NCBI GenBank assembly: GCA_965267345.1
Contig: OZ253947.1
Span: 3,648-67,647, forward strand
Direction of reading: 5' to 3'
Source of the DNA: Minisyncoccota bacterium
GTDB taxonomy: Bacteria > Patescibacteriota > Minisyncoccia > Phycocordibacterales > UBA2100
Length of the DNA stretch: 64,000 nucleotides
Made by a program: the position numbers and the translations under genes
Notes under the pieces: generated by a model
Database searches by the model: none
The model's input: the letters and a program-made list of their open reading frames with translations, nothing else
Told to the model about the DNA's origin: nothing
Part shown: piece after piece, positions 9,551-17,416 of the stretch
Position numbering within the stretch: position 1 is the first letter of the stretch
How the letters are laid out: every line of letters begins with the position of its first letter

Positions 9551-11014
9551 CTAAGAAACGTGGTGCTTTTTGCGGAGCGCTTCAATTTCACGTGCTTCTG
9601 CTTCACTCTGGCGCTCCTTGCCCTTCGTGCCAAGCACGCGGAGCTCGTCGTCGCTGAGTGCGGCAAGGCTGTTGGCGCGCTCGTGCAGGTGTGCGGCAGT
9701 GTTGCGCGTTGGGTCATCGAGCACCTCTTCAAGGAGTGCGTGCAGTATCCAGCCAATACGCGGGCTGGGCTTCTCCCCCACATGTTTCATGATGAAAGCC
9801 CCGTCGATGTTGAGCATGCCTACTGAAATAGGATCGCGCAGAGCCTCGTCAACCATCGACTTGTATTTGCGAAATCGAAACGGCTGTTCCTTCGGTCGTC
9901 CGGTGCCGATACGGTCGCACGTACGCAGCTCAAGCAGTTCCTGTATGTGCTCTTCGCCGACGTTGCGAATCATGCGGCGGACTGCACTGAGCGTAATCTG
10001 GTCAGGATCAGAGAAAAACATGTGCCAGCGCACCAATTTTTGCACAATGTGTGTGGTGTCTTTTGAAAAACGAAGACGCGCAAGAATGTCTTTTGCCATG
10101 CGCGCACCGAGCACTTCGTGGCCATGGAATGTGTAGTCGCGTTTTGTCTCATCAAAGCGGCGGGTACGCGGTTTGCCCACGTCGTGCAGGAGTGCTGCCA
10201 AACGCACGTGGAATGAGTAGTCTTTGTCGGCGCCGTGCTGCAGCGCGCGCAGGGAGTGCTCGAAAACATCGTACGAGTGTGCTTGGTTTTGGTCGCACCC
10301 TATCCCCTCCTCGAGTTCAGGAATAATGTACTGCAGGAGGTGCAGCCGCTGCGCAATAAAGAGTGCCTGCATCGGTGTTGGTGAGTTGATGATGCGAATC
10401 AGTTCGTCACGGATACGTTCATGGGAGACTTTTTGCAGGAGCTCGGCATGCTCGGCAATGGCCATGGCTGTTTCCGATTCAATGGTGAAGTTAAGCTCGG
10501 CTGAGAGTCGAATGGCGCGCATCATGCGCAGGGCGTCTTCGCTGAAGCGCTGCGTCGCATCACCGACGGTGAGAATGCGCTTGGTACGGATGGCTTCTTG
10601 TCCATCGTACGGATCGATGATTTCACCGCGCGACACGCTGTAGGCGATGGCATTCATGGTGAAGTCGCGTCGCTGCAAGTCTTCCTCTAAGTTGTCGCTG
10701 AATGCAACGGCGTCGGGGTGGCGCGCATTGCTGTACGTTGATTCAAGACGGAACGGTGTTACTTCAATCACCTGCTCGCGCGGATCGTCTGATTCGGTTT
10801 TGACACCAACGGTACCGAAATCGTTTTCATAGAATGAATCGGGAAAGATGCGTTGGATGTCTTCAGGGGTTGCGTTGGTGGTGACGTCCCAGTCTTTTGG
10901 CGCTTTCCCGCGAAGCAAATCGCGGACGCATCCCCCGACGAGGTATGCTTCAAATCCCGCACGTTCAAGTGCGTCAGGTACCGCGCGTACTGCATCCGGA
11001 ATGGAGTAGGTCAT
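9551..11014 (-). CDS. cca: CCA tRNA nucleotidyltransferase with HD domain
   Basis: VGGCVRDLL, KDWDVTT, DLQRRDFTMNA, EDALRMMRA, LLHDVGK; ATG at 11014. Confidence 0.92.
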   Translation of the reverse strand: MTYSIPDAVRAVPDALERAGFEAYLVGGCVRDLLRGKAPKDWDVTTNATPEDIQRIFPDSFYENDFGTVGVKTESDDPREQVIEVTPFRLESTYSNARHPDAVAFSDNLEEDLQRRDFTMNAIAYSVSRGEIIDPYDGQEAIRTKRILTVGDATQRFSEDALRMMRAIRLSAELNFTIESETAMAIAEHAELLQKVSHERIRDELIRIINSPTPMQALFIAQRLHLLQYIIPELEEGIGCDQNQAHSYDVFEHSLRALQHGADKDYSFHVRLAALLHDVGKPRTRRFDETKRDYTFHGHEVLGARMAKDILARLRFSKDTTHIVQKLVRWHMFFSDPDQITLSAVRRMIRNVGEEHIQELLELRTCDRIGTGRPKEQPFRFRKYKSMVDEALRDPISVGMLNIDGAFIMKHVGEKPSPRIGWILHALLEEVLDDPTRNTAAHLHERANSLAALSDDELRVLGTKGKERQSEAEAREIEALRKKHHVS

Positions 11015-11076
11015 ACCGGTAATTGTAGTATATCCATTGCTATTGGGCGAATATCTCGTATCATGCTCAGGCACAG

Positions 11077-11152
11077 GCACCCGTGGTGAAATGGACCCCA
11101 GTATCACAACCACGCTTCGCATGTGGTTGGATACGGGGCACGTATCACAACG
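11077..11152 (+). pseudogene. Partial duplicate of the tRNA-Arg 5' end interrupted by a 47-nt hairpin
   Basis: GCACCCGTGGTGAAATGGA (11077-11095) and TATCACAACG (11143-11152) match tRNA-Arg nt 1-29; insert at 11096-11142. Confidence 0.75.
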
Positions 11153-11165
11153 AGAACAGAAAGAC

Positions 11166-11237
11166 GCACCCGTGGTGAAATGGATATCACAACGGTCTTC
11201 GGAACCGTCGTTGGGGGTTCGAGTCCCTCCGGGTGCA
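11166..11237 (+). tRNA. tRNA-Arg(TCG)
   Basis: Acceptor GCACCCG/CGGGTGC; anticodon arm ACGGT-CTTCGGA-ACCGT; T-loop GGTTCGAGTCC; CCA not encoded. Confidence 0.95.
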
Positions 11238-11438
11238 CAAACGACAAGAGGCTGGATTTATTCCAGTCTCTTGTCGTTTGGATACATAGCGGAAAGTGGA
11301 ACTTTCGGGATTCGAACCGCCGGAGCGATGTTGGAGCGCTAGCGACAACCGTGTCCCCTACCTCTTGAATTAACGCTAGAGTTAATTCAAGAGTTCATTG
11401 CTTCGCCATACAAATTTTGTATAATCACGTGCACCACT

Positions 11439-11509
11439 GCGGGTATAGTTTAGTGGTATGACGGCGCCTTGCCATGGCGCAGACGGGAGTTCGATTCTCC
11501 CTACCCGCA
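11439..11509 (+). tRNA. tRNA-Gly(GCC)
   Basis: GCGGGTA/TACCCGC; GCGCC-TTGCCAT-GGCGC; GTTCGATTC; TATAAT upstream. Confidence 0.96.
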
Positions 11510-11516
11510 CCGATCT

Positions 11517-11552
11517 GAAAAAACAGCATGAGGTACGTCATGCTGTTTTTTC
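11517..11552 (+). terminator. Terminator after tRNA-Gly
   Basis: GAAAAAACAGCATGA/TCATGCTGTTTTTTC inverted repeat. Confidence 0.7.
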
Positions 11553-11600
11553 ATGCAATTTTTGCTAGACTCACCGCGGGAGAAAACAAAGGAGGTTTTC

Positions 11601-11945
11601 ATGCCCGAAACACAAAAACAGAGACGTGGCGACTGGCTTTGCGTGCAAGCGGCGCACTCGGAACGATGGTTTTGGCACGCGCTGACGCAGGCACAGCTTG
11701 CGCGGCGTGATGATGATGGCACCATATCCGCGTCGGCTGGACTCAAAAGATTTCGCATGAAGCGGACTCGTATGGATCCAAAGGGTGATGTGTACGAAGC
11801 GTCTGACCTCAACGGCTACTTCACCGAAGACCGCCTCAGAGGCATCTCTGGTGATCCACATGAGGAGTTCACGTTTACGCTCATGACACCGGAAGAGTAC
11901 GAGGAGCTGCTGGCACCAAAGCAAGATCGCGTTCTGACGCGCTAA
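11601..11945 (+). CDS. Orphan hypothetical protein (114 aa) with strong SD
   Basis: AAGGAGG 5 nt before ATG 11601; TGcTAGACT upstream; terminator downstream. Confidence 0.7.
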   Translation: MPETQKQRRGDWLCVQAAHSERWFWHALTQAQLARRDDDGTISASAGLKRFRMKRTRMDPKGDVYEASDLNGYFTEDRLRGISGDPHEEFTFTLMTPEEYEELLAPKQDRVLTR

Positions 11946-11963
11946 AAACCACACTGCTCTGTG

Positions 11964-11996
11964 AACACCGCCCCACTACGGGGCGGTGTTTTCTTT
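11964..11996 (+). terminator. Intrinsic terminator
   Basis: AACACCGCCCC-ACTAC-GGGGCGGTGTT followed by a T-rich tail. Confidence 0.8.
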
Positions 11997-12011
11997 GTAA
12001 AAGACACAAAC

Positions 12012-12120
12012 TGTGAATAAATCTGTTAACAGCGGGGATAACGGACATACATTTTATGTCCGTTATCCCCATAAATGTCCTTTATCAACAGAGTTATACC
12101 CAGTTTTCCACTTTTACCCC
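12012..12120. promoter_or_regulatory. Candidate oriC: DnaA-box-like cluster interleaved with the 13-mer motif
   Basis: TTATTCACA (rc, 12012), TTATCCCCG (rc, 12033), TTATCCCCA (12063), TTATCAACA (12082), TTATACCCA (12094), TTTTCCACT (12104); AT-rich; 16-bp perfect IR 12034-12049/12055-12070. Confidence 0.55.
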
Positions 12121-12126
12121 AGAAAA

Positions 12127-13304
12127 CGTTTCATAAGAAACGTTTTCACGTGAAAAGTGTTTATATACGGTAGATGCGACGGCATATATGTTTTCACGTG
12201 AAAACATATGCGGTGAGAAGGCTTTTCACGTGAAAACTAAAAGAGGTCGGCGTGGTGCTTTACTTTTACCGTTGTGCCGCAGTGTTTGCAGTGAATTGCA
12301 TCAATGTCATGTGTACTTAATCCACACGTGTCACAAGTGTAATAGAGCTTATTACCACGAAAAATCACTCTAGTGAGATGCAAAAACAGGGTAATACCAA
12401 TAAGCATAGCCACGACAGAGAGTATTTTTCCGTAGGGTCCAATGGCGGTGATATCGCCGTATCCGGTTGTGGTGAGTGTTGCGACGGTGAAGTAGAGGGC
12501 GTCAATATAGGTATTAATGGCAGGGTTTGCCTGTGCTTCAGCGACAAAGACGATGGCCGTCATAATGGCGAGGAATACAAAAAAGTTCAGTACGCTGGTG
12601 ATCATTGCTTGGTAGCGGGCAAAAAATGAGTGTTCATCGCGAGCAAGGCGTACGAGATAGTATGTTCGCAGTATTTTGAGTGATCGCAGTACACGCAGCA
12701 GTGCGAGGTTTCCCGTGAAAAGCGGGGCGTAGAGTGAAAGAATCGCCACAATGTCGATCAGGCTGTACACGTTGAAAATAAATGCGGATTTACGGGGTGC
12801 AATCCACAAACGAGCGAGGTATTCAAGGGTGAAAAGCACACCAAATGTTATCTCAAGTGCGTGCACCGTGGGGTTGCTCGGATAAAGCGCCTCCAAGCCA
12901 AATAGCGCAAATATTAGGAGGTTGAGCAGAATCAGGGCGCGGTTGAAAAGAATGCTTTCACGGGTTCGCTTGTGGAACAGCTCTTGCAAGCGCTTCTTTG
13001 CCCGCGACATGGAGAGTATCGACATGGCACTATGCTACCATGTTTTCATATGAAAACGTTTCTTGTACCCATTGACTGCGCACTATGTTTTCACGTGAAA
13101 ACATATGTGATGAAGCACACTGATGTCGGACATATCGGAGAGTGCGTAGCGGCGCGCTTTTTGCGTCGGAAAGGGTTTGTGATGCATGCGAAAAACTACA
13201 CGCGACCGTGGGGTGAAATCGATATCATCGCAGAAAAAGGCGGTATGTTACGCTTTGTTGAAGTAAAAACCGTTGCACGTGAGGCAAACGTTTTACGTGA
13301 AACA
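12127..13304. promoter_or_regulatory. Cluster of parS-like sites
   Basis: TTTTCACGTGAAAA at 12143, 12191, 12223 and 13088; variants at 12127, 12708, 13042, 13271 and CGTTTTACGTGAAACA at 13289; compare consensus TGTTTCACGTGAAACA. Confidence 0.75.
12237..13025 (-). CDS. Voltage-gated-type potassium channel / ion transporter
   Basis: 6 TM helices, S4-like LRVLRSLKILR, filter TTTGYGD, C-terminal CxxC...CxxC. Confidence 0.9.
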   Translation of the reverse strand: MSILSMSRAKKRLQELFHKRTRESILFNRALILLNLLIFALFGLEALYPSNPTVHALEITFGVLFTLEYLARLWIAPRKSAFIFNVYSLIDIVAILSLYAPLFTGNLALLRVLRSLKILRTYYLVRLARDEHSFFARYQAMITSVLNFFVFLAIMTAIVFVAEAQANPAINTYIDALYFTVATLTTTGYGDITAIGPYGKILSVVAMLIGITLFLHLTRVIFRGNKLYYTCDTCGLSTHDIDAIHCKHCGTTVKVKHHADLF

Positions 13305-13490
13305 GAAAATGAAGGATTTAATCCGCTTGAAAACGTGCATGAAGGAAAGCTAAAACGTCTTAACAGAGCTGCAGAAAGCTATATTGCCGAAAATGCTATC
13401 GATGCAGCGTGGTGTATCGATGCGGTTACGGTTGAACTGTTTGTAAAGGACAAAACAGCTCGGTGTGAATTATTTGAAAATGTCCGTTAG
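13110..13490 (+). CDS. YraN family (UPF0102) endonuclease-like protein
   Basis: GHIGE..AA.FL, WGEIDII, FVEVKT. Confidence 0.9.
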   Translation: MKHTDVGHIGECVAARFLRRKGFVMHAKNYTRPWGEIDIIAEKGGMLRFVEVKTVAREANVLRETENEGFNPLENVHEGKLKRLNRAAESYIAENAIDAAWCIDAVTVELFVKDKTARCELFENVR

Positions 13491-13533
13491 AAATGTCCGA
13501 TAGAATTCTATCGGACATTTCTAACGGACAACA
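13478..13533. repeat. Cluster 3 of the 13-mer forming a perfect 50-bp palindrome
   Basis: 13481-13530 TGTCCGTTAGAAATGTCCGATAGAA|TTCTATCGGACATTTCTAACGGACA. Confidence 0.9.
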
Positions 13534-13576
13534 ACCTCTCTGGTATCCACTTTCGATATGTCTGCATGTGTGCAGG

Positions 13577-13664
13577 TGTCTCGATTAATCGAGACACATG
13601 CGCAGAAGTACCAACAGTGTTGTGTGTGGTACCGATGAGCGAATTGTTTCGATTAATCGAAACA
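13577..13664. repeat. Paired 20-bp palindromes, locus 1
   Basis: TGTCTCGATTAATCGAGACA at 13577-13596 and TGTTTCGATTAATCGAAACA at 13645-13664. Confidence 0.9.
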
Positions 13665-13700
13665 ATTAAGTGCGCGTTTTTCGCACACACTTTTGCTTTC

Positions 13701-13747
13701 TGGTCGGGGTGCCGAGAACCTGTCTGCCGGCAGAGGCAGGTCAAAAC
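13701..13747 (-). pseudogene. Duplicate of the tRNA-Pro 3' end (with CCA) carrying a 22-nt palindromic insert
   Basis: rc TTCTCGGCACCCCGACCA at 13701-13718; insert CCTGTCTGCCGGCAGAGGCAGG at 13719-13740 in the T-loop position. Confidence 0.7.
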
Positions 13748-13814
13748 CGCTCTCTCGTGCATGGCGCACATTGTCACTGATGACGAGTTGTCGCGCAATT
13801 CACCAACCTTGTAG

Positions 13815-13885
13815 TCGGGGTGCCGAGAATCGAACTCGGGCCGCTCGGTCCCAAACCGAGTACACTACCACTATGCTACACCCCG
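13815..13885 (-). tRNA. tRNA-Pro(TGG)
   Basis: rc CGGGGTG...CTCGG-TTTGGGA-CCGAG...GTTCGATTC...CACCCCGA. Confidence 0.95.
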
Positions 13886-14011
13886 TTACGTATTTGTTTT
13901 TTGAGCCATGCTCGCCCTGTCCTAGGTTGTGCGCGCCAGTGTAGCACACGGGCGCTGTTTTTCCAGAGCCACCAGACCGTGTGGATGCATGTTGTGCGCT
14001 ACAATTGGGAC

Positions 14012-15346
14012 ATGATTGAGCGTATGCCGTCTGCTGAACTGGCGACACCGCTTTCAGACTTTGCGAAAGACAAAGTGGTCATACACGCCGTGCGCGAAGC
14101 GTACCCGCATCTGACGGGGAAGGTGCGGGGTATTGATCAGTACAGCACCCGCGCGCTCGTACTGCCCGCACATGCGGTGTATTTGCCGAGTGAACGAAAG
14201 GATATCAGCGATGCTCTGCACGCATACTACAAAGATTTGGGGTTTGTAACGCCGGAGCGGCGCTACGTACCACGCGGTGTCGACTTCTTGGAAGGGGCAC
14301 TCACTGATGTGCAGGGGCGGGAATCGAACTGTCCACTATGGCTCTTTGGCCAATCTCCCGCCACGCAGGAGGTGCTGGGCGGTACACCACGGCAGAACTA
14401 CGCGTTTAAAACCGAGCACCACATTCCCACACACAACGCGGCGCGCTGGGCAAATGACAAGGGGCTGTTACGCGCGCTCCTTGATCGCCATGGTGTGCGT
14501 CAGCTGCAGGTTCCGGTAGACATGCAGGTTGCAAATACCGTACCCGAGAATGAGGCGAACGTACAGAAACTCCTTGCGCGGCGCGGACGGGTCATGGTGA
14601 AGCGTGTCGACTCAGCTTCGGGTGATGCGCTGCGCTCATGTGCCACGATAGCGGAGGTGCATGCGTTTGTTGCCGAACATAAACGCGATCGCAATACACC
14701 ACACTTTATTGTCGAAGAAGATCTACGCGACATTGCAACAGGGGAGCGCAGCGCACAATTTCTTATCGAAATGAAGGAAAACGGAACGCCGCATGTGTCA
14801 TTTGTTGGAGTCACAGAACAAATCGTGCAAGACAAGGCGCATATGGGAAATGTCATTGATGCGGGTGCGGCGGCAACGAGCGGCCTTGAGGACGAGGTGC
14901 GCGCGACACTTGCACACATTGCGCAATACATGGGCACCACGCTGCACTACCATGGCTATGTAAGCTTTGATATCCTCGACACGACAGAAGGCCCAAAGGT
15001 GCTCGAGGCGAATGCGCGGGCAACCGGTGCGACGTATCCGTTTGCCATTTGCGAGCAACTCGCGCGCGCGGGTGAAGGGGAAAAGGCGGTCGTCGCACTC
15101 AACACGATCAGTGCGGGCGACGCAGTGCGGGAGCGGGTTACAACATTTCCGGAACTCAAAGCCATCCTCGGTGATGTGCTCTACACGCGCGGCAAAGACA
15201 GCGGTGTGATTCCCACGCTTGCCACGACGATACCCGAAAAAATCGGTCTTGCAGCTGTTGGCGATTCAGTTGAAAGCGCGAAAGTTGCGATGCGCACGGC
15301 GCTGGAGCGTCTGGACGCAGCCGCGATGGCATCGGTGCTCGACTAG
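14012..15346 (+). CDS. ATP-grasp fold protein
   Basis: ANDKG, VMVKRVDSASG, FIVEE, GYVSFDIL, VLEANAR; ATG 14012 lies 6 nt after TACAAT. Confidence 0.75.
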   Translation: MIERMPSAELATPLSDFAKDKVVIHAVREAYPHLTGKVRGIDQYSTRALVLPAHAVYLPSERKDISDALHAYYKDLGFVTPERRYVPRGVDFLEGALTDVQGRESNCPLWLFGQSPATQEVLGGTPRQNYAFKTEHHIPTHNAARWANDKGLLRALLDRHGVRQLQVPVDMQVANTVPENEANVQKLLARRGRVMVKRVDSASGDALRSCATIAEVHAFVAEHKRDRNTPHFIVEEDLRDIATGERSAQFLIEMKENGTPHVSFVGVTEQIVQDKAHMGNVIDAGAAATSGLEDEVRATLAHIAQYMGTTLHYHGYVSFDILDTTEGPKVLEANARATGATYPFAICEQLARAGEGEKAVVALNTISAGDAVRERVTTFPELKAILGDVLYTRGKDSGVIPTLATTIPEKIGLAAVGDSVESAKVAMRTALERLDAAAMASVLD

Positions 15347-16521
15347 TTGTCGTAGTACTCCAGCAACTGTGGTGCGGTGTTGGCGGTAAAGTCGTTGGCA
15401 CGCTCAGCAAAGCCGCCGGCAGACAAAAATGCCTGCAGCGTACCGCCGGTATGCACGCTGATACTGCGGTTGATGTGGGCAAGCGAGATCGCCCGCAAGT
15501 CGCGGTCGTCAGTTGTGGGTCCCATACTGCTCGTGGTGAGTATGCCCACTAACTTACCCCATGCATTCAGCGCACCGCCGCCTGAGGCGCCACCTTGTGC
15601 GACAATGGTGCCGCCAAACGAGAGCACGTCGATCGTTGAAGTTGCAAAGGTGTATACATTTTTTACTTGCCCGACGCTCGTCACCGGCCACAGGTTGCGC
15701 TGCAGTGTTGCACTATCGAGGAATCCCGACGGGTACGCGGCAAGGAGTACCTGCTGACCGGCCTGTGCGATACCTTCACGAGTATCGAGTGACACAAACG
15801 GGAATGTTTTCGGCAGCGGCTGTTCGGTTGCGCTTTCGGTAATGTAGAGCAGTGCCCAGTCGTGTTCGCCGGTGCCTACGGGGTATTCCTCACGGATGTC
15901 GCCGGCGTGTTCCTGTACCCACGCTTCGGGGAAGGCGAGTATTTGGGCATGATAGGCAGGTTGTGCGGGGATACCGGTGCGGATGGTGCAGCGTATGTCG
16001 GCGTTCGGATGCGACTGGAGCAATAGGTACTGCGCTACGTGTGCATTGGTGAGGATCACGCCGCGCGGATCAATAATGATGCCGCTGCCGGTTGCGCCGG
16101 AAAATGCCGACGCGCGTGTTGCGCCACAGAGAATGTTTACCACGGCCGGAAGTGTTGCCGTGTTGAGGGTGTCGAATGCTGTGGGCGGCACGTCATAGGG
16201 GGCGGGAATAGTGATGGTGACGTACCGTGGCTCATTAGCGGCTTCGGTAACTGTCGCGACGCGCTCCGGTGGTTCTGGTGTTTGTGCCTCCGCAGCAGGC
16301 TGTTTGATCTTTGTGGACGACGCTACGGTCTGCTCAGGTTTCTCTGGCGTTGGCACTTCCAGTGTGTATGGCAGTAGCGTCGAGTGCTGTGCCACTTGCG
16401 CAGTCTGTGCCTCCGATGGAATGTCACCGGTGTGCTCAAGAAATGCAGCAGCAGCTGCAAGTGCGCCAACACTGAGTATGAACACCATTGCGATTCTCCG
16501 ACGAGTGGTCAACTGAAACAT
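15343..16521 (-). CDS. Membrane-anchored trypsin-like (S1) serine protease
   Basis: N-terminal TM; GSGIIIDPRGVILTNAHV, DWALL, QGGASGG triad motifs. Confidence 0.85.
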   Translation of the reverse strand: MFQLTTRRRIAMVFILSVGALAAAAAFLEHTGDIPSEAQTAQVAQHSTLLPYTLEVPTPEKPEQTVASSTKIKQPAAEAQTPEPPERVATVTEAANEPRYVTITIPAPYDVPPTAFDTLNTATLPAVVNILCGATRASAFSGATGSGIIIDPRGVILTNAHVAQYLLLQSHPNADIRCTIRTGIPAQPAYHAQILAFPEAWVQEHAGDIREEYPVGTGEHDWALLYITESATEQPLPKTFPFVSLDTREGIAQAGQQVLLAAYPSGFLDSATLQRNLWPVTSVGQVKNVYTFATSTIDVLSFGGTIVAQGGASGGGALNAWGKLVGILTTSSMGPTTDDRDLRAISLAHINRSISVHTGGTLQAFLSAGGFAERANDFTANTAPQLLEYYDN

Positions 16522-16581
16522 GCGCGCATAGTACCCCAAAGTTGAGCTTGCGCGCTAGTCTGGTAGTATACTCGGACCACT

Positions 16582-16652
16582 GCGGGTGTAGTTAAGTGGT
16601 ATAACAACAGCCTTCCAAGCTGTGGTCGGGAGTTCGATTCTCCCCACCCGCA
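16582..16652 (+). tRNA. tRNA-Gly(TCC)
   Basis: GCGGGTG/CACCCGC; ACAGC-CTTCCAA-GCTGT; GTTCGATTC. Confidence 0.96.
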
Positions 16653-16855
16653 CAAAAGATAATGAGCTCGGAGCGTAGCTTCGGGCGATTTATCTTTGCA
16701 GAGTGGGGGGAATCGAAAGACGGAGCCGGTATACACGACGAAGCGCAGCGAAGTGCTTGTCGGCGAGTCCGGGCAGGAGCCACTTGCTCAAAAACCATGC
16801 GACTCGTCGCATGGTTTTTGAGCTTAGTGAGCTGACGCCGATTCTCCCCACCGCA
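16653..16855. mobile_element. About 200-bp non-coding tRNA-associated element
   Basis: Inverted tRNA 3' copy at 16697-16717, hairpin at 16786-16823, direct copy CGATTCTCCCCACCGCA at 16839-16855; mobility is inferred. Confidence 0.55.
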
Positions 16856-16906
16856 TTTTTTCAGAATATTCTTGCGTGAGGACCGCCCTTACGCAAAAAA
16901 GACAGA

Positions 16907-16979
16907 TGTCTCGATTAATCGAGACATCTATAAATTACGCATACCTATTTTGTGCGTTTTGTTTCGATTAATCGAAACA
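16907..16979. repeat. Paired 20-bp palindromes, locus 2
   Basis: TGTCTCGATTAATCGAGACA at 16907-16926 and TGTTTCGATTAATCGAAACA at 16960-16979. Confidence 0.9.
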
Positions 16980-17005
16980 ATGTAGAAGCGTTTTCGTATG
17001 CATGC

Positions 17006-17031
17006 AAAAACCCGCCGAACGGCGGGTTTTT
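17006..17031 (-). terminator. Terminator downstream of hup
   Basis: AAAAACCCGCC-GAAC-GGCGGGTTTTT. Confidence 0.8.
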
Positions 17032-17049
17032 GGCGTTATGACGCGCACT

Positions 17050-17322
17050 CTACTTTACTGCGTCTTTGAGCGCTTTTGCTGCGCGGAATTTTGGAACACG
17101 CATTGCTGGGATCTCAATGGTCTCACCAGTGCGTGGGTTGCGTCCGGTGCGTGCAGCGCGTGTCTTTGCCTCGAAAATACCGAGTCCGGCAATCGACACT
17201 TCTTCACCCTTCTTCAGGCCATCAACGATACCGTCGATCATTGCCTCCACAGCGCGTTCTGCGTCTGCTTTGGTGCCCTCAAGCACGTCGTGTACTTTGT
17301 CTACAAGTGCTGCTTTGTTCAT
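17050..17322 (-). CDS. hup: DNA-binding protein HU
   Basis: MNKAALVD...GLGIFE...ARTGRNPRTGE...VPKFRAAKALKDAV. Confidence 0.96.
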   Translation of the reverse strand: MNKAALVDKVHDVLEGTKADAERAVEAMIDGIVDGLKKGEEVSIAGLGIFEAKTRAARTGRNPRTGETIEIPAMRVPKFRAAKALKDAVK

Positions 17323-17416
17323 AAGGTGTTGCGTTATATGGATAAATGCGACCAATTGCTCAATTCAGTATACATAGAGCCATTATTCGTGCAATACCCC
17401 CGCCATAGAGCTGTTC

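Noticed and set aside
8442-13533. 13-mer and palindrome clusters as a CRISPR array
   Set aside because: Repeats are too short, occur in both orientations, lack regular unique spacers, and no cas genes are present
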